DNA from: Bugula neritina
Lineage: Eukaryota > Animalia > Bryozoa
Direction of reading: 5' to 3'
Assembly: GCA_964035545.1 (NCBI GenBank)
Contig: OZ037771.1
Coordinates: forward strand, 14,197,133 to 14,261,132
Length of the DNA: 64,000 bases
Position numbers and translations under genes: made by a program. The notes beneath the pieces were generated by a model. It was not told where the DNA came from. It was given only the letters and a program-made list of their open reading frames with translations, and ran no database searches. Positions 53,941-64,000 of this stretch are shown here, one piece after another. Position 1 is the stretch's first letter. Every line of letters starts with the position of its first letter.

Positions 53941-56900
53941 CTAGATCTCGCCATCTCCGCTGTACTCTGGCATGGAATCTACTTGACAGGGCCGACCTGG
54001 TTGACATATACTAATTTTAATTCCGCCTCTTCGACTCTTCAAGGCGGCTGATTGGCCAATGTCCTCGTCATCAGATGGCATTGATCCGCCCACACTTGCT
54101 GCCACACCTTCAAACAGATCGAGCAAAACTTTATGCAAAGGGAGAATAACTCTTAAAAGTCATTAAATAATATTCATGTATGAGTTTGCACTGCTGATGA
54201 ACATGCTGTAGTTCTTTCATAATATCATAGTACCATATGATGAAACATGATACGGAATATAATATTATAGTGAAGAGTTTACCCAGTGTTCCCCCCCTCC
54301 CACCGTGGTGTAATGGTAAGCACACTTGCGAGTGAGCCAGAGGTCTTGGGTTCAAATCCCAGTGGGGATCAATTTTTTTTTCTAGCTATTTCGGCCTTTA
54401 GCAAAGTGTAGTAGTAGTACTCTGAGAGGCCAGGGGAGCCTGAAAACCGAAGGAGTAGTAGATAGGCCAGTGAAGTTCAGTGAACTGGGTGGGATGTAGT
54501 GCTGTAATCACCCAGTAGTCCCTGTGGTGCATTGGCTAACACAATTGCCCCCCCCCCCCCAGTGGAGGCAATTAATTTTCAAATATTATAGGTAAACTTA
54601 TGAAATATGTTTATGAGAGTCATAGCTAATTTTTACCTCGTATAGCAAAGTCCTGTTGCTGTGTCCCTGCATCATTAACTGCTTTACATTGATATCTTCC
54701 TGCATCATATCTTTGAAAGTTCTTAACAGTCAGTTTAGAGATCACTGCATTGTCCTTATAAGCTGGCTCGTAAGACTATAGAACAAAGAAAACTTCACAG
54801 AATTGATGCAAATAATCAAATGCAAACAAACAAAGAACAAAAATGTCTAATTTTAAAAATTATGTTTAATTTATTGACAAAATCTATAAAATTAAAGTCT
54901 ATAAACTAATTTTGAAGTAAAAATTGAATATGATGAAAATACTCACTGTGATTATGTATTTGTAAGAATTGCTTAGGAGTCTGCCATCTTTTAGCCACTG
55001 GACAGTAGGGGTGGGTATTCCACCGGTCTCGCACCTTAAATCAACATCCTCTCCATAAGTTGGATCTTTGTTATATTGTGCTAGCAGGGAGTCTACTTTG
55101 AAGTCAGAGATGAAGGCATCGATGGGCCAGGGGCGCTCTAAAATGTAAAATATTGTAAATTATGTAAAACTACTTTCTAGCAATAGTTATTTGAACTTAG
55201 GTCCAGGCATGTATGTTTTATTTTAATTTATAATTTGTTTTTGTAAACAAAAGACACCAAAAGTTATTAAAACTTAAGTTTAAATATCGGCATATTGCAA
55301 TTTTTCTCTACTTTAGGTAATCATTGCGTAGGAACTACAATGTTAGACAGATGAGTTTTGATGCAGTTATCAATGGAAATATGTAACAATAATTAATGAA
55401 AATATCAACTGGTTATTGAATTATTGTACAAATCTATATTTATTGCATTAGCCCTTGCGATATAATTTTTTGCAAACTGTAATATTAAAAAGAGGCTGTA
55501 TTGCAGTTCCTCGTATAGAACAAGGTGATGATGCAATTTCCTGAGTCCCTAAATGCTAACTGAAACTAATTAGTTAGGCTTATCCAGTACAAAGATCTTG
55601 CGCTGATTAAATAGATATAAGGCTATATCAAGTTTTATTAAATTAAAGGGCGTTGCTCATCCCACCCATACAATAGCTAGCTGTTAAGGACAGACATGCT
55701 TCTAAGTGCAGACAAAGTAGAAATAAACTTAATAAGTTACTTTCATACACGTGTAGCTCATATAACTCATTAATTCTGCACATATGCTTAAAGACAATAG
55801 AATAACTGGGGCCAAACTTTGCCAATTGTTCTCTTAGAACTTCTTAATACTAATTTGCTGCCAAAACTCCTCTTAGTTACATGTAATTGAAATTTTTGTT
55901 GGCAGCGCTAAACACACCCTGGCATTGCATACCTTCAACTTATTTGTTTATTTATATTCTCATTCCTTGAAGTAATAATTTTGCATTTTAATGTTTAAAC
56001 TATTAGATGTTCATTGAAGAAAGCCAGTGACCAAGCTGTATGATCAAGCGCACAGGTGTGGTTTGTTTAGTGGTTATGAATTGTACCAGCTTACCCTTGA
56101 CAATAACATTGAAATGTCTTCTGATAGGAGAGCCGAAACCAATCTCTACATGACATGTGTAAATGCCTGCCTGGTTTCCTTGAATGTTTCTAATGATCAG
56201 GTTTCTTCCCTAAAATATGGATCTAAGTCTTAGTTCTAGCTGTTAAACTTTTGCTACAGTTTTTTCCTTTATGCTATTAGTGAACACTGTAATAGATCTT
56301 AAAGATATTTTTGAGTTACAAAATTTGTAATTTACTTTTGACTGAAGTTGAGGTAACTTACTGCTGTACAGTGCAACATAATTATAAATACTATAAAATT
56401 TAATTCATGGACCACAAAGTGTATTATAAATATAAGCATGAGTATAATTATATCTGATTGCCTCTAATACATAATGTTAATGTATTTTAGTGTTGTAAAG
56501 TATACTGCAGTGTAAAAAATACATCATATAACTTACCGCTACTCTATCGAAGCCTCTTGTAACATCTATATTGTTTCCTGTAGCATCCTTAGCAGTCCAC
56601 CAAACTTTTAGACTCGGGTCTTGGGGCTGACAAAATAGACTGAGCTCTTCTCCGGACTTGAGGGCATTTTCCTTCGGCGACATGGCTATCCCATCGCTCT
56701 TTGCTTCTACACAAGTTAATTCATTTATTTCAATGCAGTTTCTATACAGAGTTGTTTTGGCTCTAGCTAACTCTTGAATGTCTAGCTTTAGGGGAAAGAC
56801 AGCAAATGAGCTTACCTTTGACTTCTAGAGCTGTAAACCTTGTTTCTGTGCCAGTAATTGTTGGTAGACTACACTTGAACTTGCCGGCATCGGATGGCAG

Positions 56901-59900
56901 CACATTTTTGATAACAAGAACAGAGAAAGTGTTGTCAGGAAAGGTGACAACTCTCAATCTGTCGTCTGGAATTCTAACCTGAGTTCCTGCGGCCATGATG
57001 ACGGGTCGGTCACTGCTCCTCTCTGGCAACTTTGTCCACCAAATCTGTAACATAGGGCTATGCAATGATTTTCACTTACTTTGCTATAGCTGAGTGAAAT
57101 CTCAAACTAAAGCTGACCCGCTCAGTTTAGAAACACTTATAAGTTTGATCTATAAATAGGACGTTATATTATGACTAGTTAATATAGACTTTGGTTTTAA
57201 GCAAAAGTATGTCTTTAGGTCGTAAGTTAGGTCAGTTACACGCATTCTATAGCTTCATCTCCCCTTCTTATAACTGCTTGATTAGTTGAAGCAATTTCTA
57301 TGCGAAAAATTCTGTTGAAAAGATTATCACCCCAAAAAACATCAGAGACTGCTATTCTAAGCTTTTGCTTGTAATTACTTCTCATTGTGATATAACTTGC
57401 TTTTTGTTGTAAAGCTCAGTCAAATATTTAAGTTCTTTTGAGTCATACGGAGTGTTGCATAACAAAACAAAGACAGTCTGCTGAATCTATTCATCTCGCA
57501 TTCTCTAGGATAGTATTTCGCTAACGAAATGTGACTTTTTATTTTTTAAACTTGTAAATTGAATCTCCCAGATAATGTTCCCAATTTTAACTGAGAGGGT
57601 TTTTTGGGCCCTGGACTCTCGAAAAATTCTTTTGTAAGTTGAGTCTTTGTATTTATCAACACATAATTGTTGGCATTTTTAAGCACAAAAGATTTGTTTA
57701 TAGTGACTAATTAGTAGAAGTGTTTAAGTCCAGTGAGTTGAACAGACAATGAGCTGAGGCATGCAGTTGCTTGTGAAAGGTTTACAACAATAACAATCAC
57801 TCATAAATTTGGTGTATGAGAAATGCAACTCTGATATCACAAAAACAATGCTCGGCCAAACCTAGTTAAGGTGGCATACTCATACCCTAGATATGAAATA
57901 CCACCTTGCTAGTCGTGTTCGCACACCCTTAATAGAAGTAATTATATTTTGTAATTATTGCTCAAAAATTAAAATATAAGTTAATAATTTATTAAACTTG
58001 TTTGTTTTGCTGATGGTAACTACATTGACAGGTGCTTTCGGCAACCTGTTGGCATGTGCCCCATAAGCAAGTATTAAACAGGTGCATGCAAGTTCCCTTT
58101 AAACTACAGCTGAGCGCTACGTTGGCAAGGCCACCCACCGTTGACTAGTGCTTTCAGCATCACCTGACTGGGGTACAATTTAAAAATTGTTTTTATAATA
58201 ACTAACCGATGATTTCTTATGTTCTTAAATACAAATATTTCTAAAAGTATGAATTCTGCTGAATGAAAATTGAACGCTGCCAAAAAGTTACCTGAAACAG
58301 TCATTTGTTATACAGTAATCCAAAATGCTAACATATGAAGTTTACTTTGTATTGCTTTAAACTGTGATATAAAGTTTTTCAATTTAATGTGGTTATAGAT
58401 TGTTTATTTTATGTTCGTAAAGTTATAGTTGTGGATAGGTAAATGATAGAAGTAGCTGTAATGTTTTATATCTTGACTGTTAATAAAATTTAAGCTGAAG
58501 AAATTACTGATAGCCCAAGATTAAAATTTGTTGATCCATATTAAGGACACGTTACTAACCTTAGCCTGTTGATAAACTCCTATCTGAGTGATGTCATCAA
58601 AGGCGCAGTGAACGATGGCTGTCTCCCCAACATGCGCCACTTCCGTCACCAAACTCTCTTCTTCGGTGGCCAACGGAATTCTGGACTCAATGTTGATTTT
58701 ATTTGGATTTGACTTTTTGACAAAATCTTCTTTCTTTGGTTTTGCTAAAACATGAAAATTTAAAATCTCACGCACGCATTGTTTTTAGTCATAAACATTG
58801 CCACCCATGCTTTATAATACGCATTGAGTTGCTCCATGAGAAATCGTGTAGGGATATTGTTTAGTGGTAGTGAAGCAGAGTAAAGGTTAGTGAACTGAAA
58901 GGCACGGCCTAGCAACCAGGTACAACTACAAACATCAGTTTAAGTTTGTAAGTCATGCATGATTCAACTTAAACTTACTTATTTTGAGTCAAGAATGTGG
59001 AATATTGTTTTCTAAATTAAGAATTATTTCTGGTTGGCTTGTTGCAGGTGTTGAGGAATAAAAAACTAAAGTTGAAGGTTTCAGATTATGTAAGAAAGCA
59101 AATACCAGTGAAATGAGACAAGTTATCAAATGAACCCCCATATGCAATACATTTGTAGTGATGTAAAAGGTTTGCAAAGCAAATTTTCTGAGGCCAACAA
59201 AATGCAATGGTTGTAACATGTTTTTGCAAAAGTGCTTTTAAAAGCATTTAAGTACTGTTATTATAAAAGTTGCAACTATAAAAATGTCCTACCAAAATAG
59301 CTAAAACAATTAATTTTTACCAACTAATTAAACAGCGATCGCATTAGGCAAGCACCTATATAAATATTGCTGATAATTTCGTCATAATTTAATCTTTGAC
59401 AAGACAAAACTTTGCTGTAAATTGGAGTAACTGAACCAAAAGTCCCGATTGCTAGACAGGTAAAACGAGTGCATTCATTAGAGCTATAGGTCTCAGATAT
59501 TTCAATTACTAAGCATTATTTGGGTTACGCAATTCCTGATTACTCATGCATAGCATTGTACATATTTCCTATTGTTGTTTAATCAAAATGATTGAATACA
59601 TCGACTCAACTTCGTTTAAGCAACAGTAGAGAAAACCTAACACACCTCATATCTAGAGACACCATCCAGGGTTTCATTTTACTCTTTCAGGTTAAAAGTT
59701 TAACAAATTAATTTCTGAATAGCTGCATAGAACCAAATTTTATGTCTTGCCTGGGGCAAAGTTGGGGTGGGTACCAGGTGCTGCCTCAATAATTTAAAGT
59801 GCTTTTAGAGGTTTTTTAGCAAGATCACTATTTGATACTTGGTACAACACCATGTTAATATAATAAAGATTATAGCATTTAATTGCCCATATAGTGTATG

Positions 59901-60694
59901 TATGCATTTCGTGGAACAATTACTTCAAGCTGTATCTATGAACGAATCTTCTGTGACAATAAACTGGTGATTTGACACAGAATTAGACTTAATCTAATAT
60001 TTATTTATCTAAATTAGTATACCCATGCAAGTTGTTACTTAAAATTTAATTTGCAAACCTACAGTACAGGTTATAAATAGGGCATCACTTACTGTATGTA
60101 TTGTCTAGTATAACATAACTTACTATACATTATGCCTGGTATAACATAACTTACTGTAAGTCTTGTCTGGTATAATGGCGTTGAACTGATCAGAGAAATC
60201 ATAGGAACCCTCTTCTCCAGCCTTGAGCGCCTGAACTGGCCCCAGGTCGTTAGTAGCCGAAGTGCTGGTGGGCGTGGCTGGCACAGCAACCTTGACCTGA
60301 GGCTGTCCGGCTGGTTTTCTCCTCAGTGGAATCCTACCTTGTCGACTGCCACCTGGAAGTCTCGAACGTAAACTGCCTCTCGTACCGAACTTGGGTCGAG
60401 TCAGGGTAAACCTGCAAGCAATTTGATTAAATTAATAGTCCATTTAAATTCAGTATGTAGCCAAATTTTGCAAAATGACTAATGATACTAGAAAATATAT
60501 TACAGATAATAAACATTTTTCCTAAAAATACAAGACCCTTTGGAGAGTTTAGTTACATACCTTCTTTTGGTTACGGCGCCAGTTGATAGCCGTATGGCAT
60601 TTCCTGTTCTGTAAGTGCCGCTGTTCACGTCAGCATTACACGTCCACATGTATGCTGCCAGCAATACAAATGCTGATACCAACAATTTATTCAT
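53941..60694 (-). CDS. Secreted three-Ig-domain protein (IgLON/lachesin-like domain layout), about 535 aa, 9 exons
   Basis: Exons (-) 60694-60561, 60411-60155, 58744-58560, 57044-56816, 56706-56537, 56209-56095, 55137-54947, 54775-54637 and 54128-53941, all phase-consistent. Signal peptide MNKLLVSAFVLLAAYMWTCNA. Ig cores AIVHC..IWW..DAGKFKC, LSLFC..VWW..QAGIYTC and VDLRC..GIPTPTVQWLKDG..DAGRYQCKAVN. Confidence 0.88.
54281..54580 (+). mobile_element. Family B tRNA-like repeat, two heads in tandem with an intervening body
   Basis: Heads at 54281-54380 and 54510-54580 match the copies at 48147 and 48869. Confidence 0.65.
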
Positions 60695-63600
60695 TTTCAA
60701 GATATATGCTTTGCCTCTCGACTGTTAGCAAGTAAACAGGAAGAGCACAGAAAATGTGTATGATTGTTTTACAGCTGTCAAGTCATTTTATATGCTTTGA
60801 ATTTCCAGACCTGCCAACCATTGTGAAAGAATAAAATGAAAGACTGGATGTGATTGGCTACTATTGATTGAACTTCACTTTGAACATGGCAGGTATGATG
60901 TGGAATGAAGAATGAAATGGTTATGTTACTTGAGCTAATAGAACATTTTTAATCTGCATATTTCGTCGTCATCATTTGCGTCAGCATTTGTCTAATAAAT
61001 TGCATTTAATAATACAAGACACCAAATGCATTGAAAGCCACATTCTTTTGAAAGAAAAAATATTTTAAATTCTTACAGATACTGTTGCTTTGTGTTTGAA
61101 ACAACAATAAGCTCTCTGTATAAACTATTAACCTGCAGCTATTTTTAATTTAAGCTTCATATTAAAATATGTTGAAACAGTGAAATGTGACCAACATTAA
61201 ATCTAAACTATAGAATTGACTCTAGTTTGAACATGAAATTTAAGGCTGTTCATATTTTTAAAAGTTGGGTAATCAATTTATCAACTTTATTTTTAAATTA
61301 ATGACTTCTGAAAATTTAGTTACGCAAAGCATACTATACTTTTCATTAATTATAGCATTTCTTATGCATAGATTTGTGTTATGTCATCAAATATTATTAA
61401 AGTTCTCATATGTGTAGGTCTATTTATTTAAAGATATGTGTTTTTTTAATTTCGGCTATAATTCATTGTCATCAATTATGTGTTTTTTAAAGATATATAA
61501 ATAATTCATTACACATTGTGTTAAGAGCTATACAAAATAATGCATTTTAAATAGTGTTATATTATTTTGCAATGAATCACATTGGTGTATTGTAATCTAT
61601 TTCCTGCTACTATACTGTCACATTATATAACAAATATTATGTCATATTAACTTATAAATTGTTGCCTAATGTCATAATACATTGCATAGTACAATGTATT
61701 TCAACTGAACATGTATATGGAATATATCATGATATATTATGCTATATTGTGATAACAAATATAATATTTTATATTATAATATATGAGTTAAATTAGGGAG
61801 AGTTACAAAGACAAACCCAATTAAATCTTCAAGAAAATAAATGCACTGAAAATCTCACAAAGAAAATGAGTGTAATATTTGAGTTCAGCCGTCTCCGGTA
61901 ACTCCAGTCGAACTGTCTTGGGTGTCATATGGCAGCATAGTATACCGCAGAGTATGCTAACATAGTATAATATTGTGTAACATAGTATAATATTGTGTAA
62001 CATTGAGTTATATAAGTAGCTGTATTGACTTAAACTTATACTTTATAAATCATGCAACCTGCAGTGCAAGTCAACAATAAACAGTAAAGAATAACTAAGT
62101 GCATGCATTGCTTGTTATTGCGTTGGTGTCAATTTAAATTGAAAAATTCGTTTACAAGTAACATTCAGTAACAACACTGAAATTCTACACGCTATAAAAA
62201 ACTGAGAATTGTGTTTTATTAATTAGTGCACTGGATTTTGTACTTGTGATGAGATAATATTGTGAGTGAATGTTTGAGTCTTCATGAAGTTCGATGAAAG
62301 CATTGAACAAAAGCGAATTATTTACATTCCAAAAGATGATCTACGGAAGGAAATATCAGCCATTCTTGTCAATACCTGTGTGAATAAGGTGTCAATTAAA
62401 TAGCTAATGAAGGCTTTGTGCTCGTCTTGCACTAAGAATAAAAAGATGTAGAGAATACGTCTGCTACAAACCAGACGACCTTGATAATGTGAACTCGTAA
62501 TCATGTAACACACATTGTCACACACTTCAATAAGCAAAATATAACGTTTATCAGTTTTCCATTGCTTAGGTCTTTGTTTGAAAATCATTGCATCAATTTA
62601 ACGTAGAAATTCAGCCTAAAGAAGCTAGTGTTCATTTTGCTCATTCAGAATTTTAGCAAACTTTTTCTTCAACAGAATTGTTATCATTTTTAACTAGATT
62701 GAAATGCTTATCTTCAGTCAACTGCATTTAAATAGCCAATAAATTTACTTAGCTTTATTTCCAAATATTTCATTAGCTGAATGAGTTAAAGTTGAAGCTG
62801 CTGTGTATTTGCTGAGCAGCTGCTTCTCCAACTGTAAACAAGTCAGACGTCATAGAATTTGTAATTGAAACATGGCTGCAGTCAGGTGAGGTCATCAAGG
62901 TTATTTGTAGGTTACATACCTCAATCACGTCAGCGTATAAATTCAAAATGACTCTTACAAACAAGTATGGTGTACAGAAGGAGATCTGTATTTTCTCTGT
63001 ATAGCATTAGTTCTAGTAAGTTTCTATACAATAGAAGGCTGGGTTAGTTTTTAGCTCCAAACTCAAGCACTATGCTTAAGAGTGAAGAACCAAAGCTATA
63101 CAAGAATCTGTATCTCACACTAAATAAGATGAACCGCAATCTAAACATATGTGCATGTAATATTTATACATGTTTTGAGTGCTTAAAATATGTGTTCAAA
63201 AATACTTGATTTGTTATTCGAAGTGAGTCATCAAGTTGAGGTTATAGTAAAAACTTGAAATAAACACCATTGCATCAATTATACTGTTATAAGAACAACA
63301 CCATATGGTATATCTATAGTTTTCCACAAATAAATACATCACTCGAAATAAATGATCCAACTAACTGTAATTGAAATAGCTTTATAAGGAAAGTTAGTTG
63401 ACTGAATAACAACTGCAGTTTTTGAAACTTTGAGTTATTGATCTACCCTCATGTTTTAGACCACCCCGTATAGCAATACCTTCCAACAGTCAATAAAAGC
63501 TCAAGGTGTGTGGTAAAATATTTTGTGTTGTTCTTTTCTTACGGATGACTGGATAATTTTATTGCCTTTTAAAATTCCCAGTCAATGACAGCTTACTATA

Positions 63601-64000
63601 CGTCTATTCTCTACCCTGCTTTGTGATTTAAGGTATTTTAACTTATATTATAGCAACACTGAAATGAAAGCAAATATTTTCTAGTGTAGCTATTTACATG
63701 TTACCGCTATGAGATATGTGCTCACTTATTCTAATGCTAGCTTAAGCATGAGCAGTACATTTATAAAGAGGAAGTTGCATAAAATATTAGAAATCCATGC
63801 TGTGAAATAGAGAGTAGAACAAATAAATTAACAGCATTTCTCTACAATCACTAAGAATAATAGCAGCTAACTATGAAAAGCATCTTTTACAAATATATTG
63901 ATAATTGCTTTTGTTACCCAACGTAATTTAATTTTTTAGTATAGCGTATATTTTTAAGCTAAGGTTGCTTGAAAAATGCAGGTTTATATAACCATGGGCT

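Noticed and set aside
61000-64000. Short ORFs 61821-62003, 62322-62588 and 62773-62964
   Set aside because: No recognisable motifs and no consistent splice chain; probably upstream non-coding DNA.

Overview
AT-rich eukaryotic genomic DNA with GT-AG introns, probably from an invertebrate; the species cannot be determined from the sequence alone. Hand splicing with phase-consistent junctions gives five host genes. (1) A secreted NHL-repeat protein (+, 9503-13309). (2) A clan-3/CYP3-like cytochrome P450 (-, 15358-27733) with a TGA stop at the WxxxR arginine and an intact LINE in intron 2. (3) A head-to-head, uncharacterised secreted protein (+, 28632-39772) with a Gypsy element in intron 3. (4) A CARD plus coiled-coil protein (+, 43220-52330). 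(5) A secreted three-Ig-domain protein (-, 53941-60694). There are two related but diverged Gypsy LTR retrotransposons (about 1-3684 on +, and 29969-36198 on -). Both lack most of RT through different deletions, share a G-UUA-AAC -1 frameshift site with a hairpin, and carry an extra ORF3 at the env position. In the complete copy ORF3 has zinc-finger-like motifs, an RS-rich tract and a coiled coil. Its C-terminus shows a strong excess of synonymous changes between the copies, making it the best candidate for an undescribed system here. The rest is tRNA-derived SINEs, TA-flanked MITEs, satellites and local duplications.
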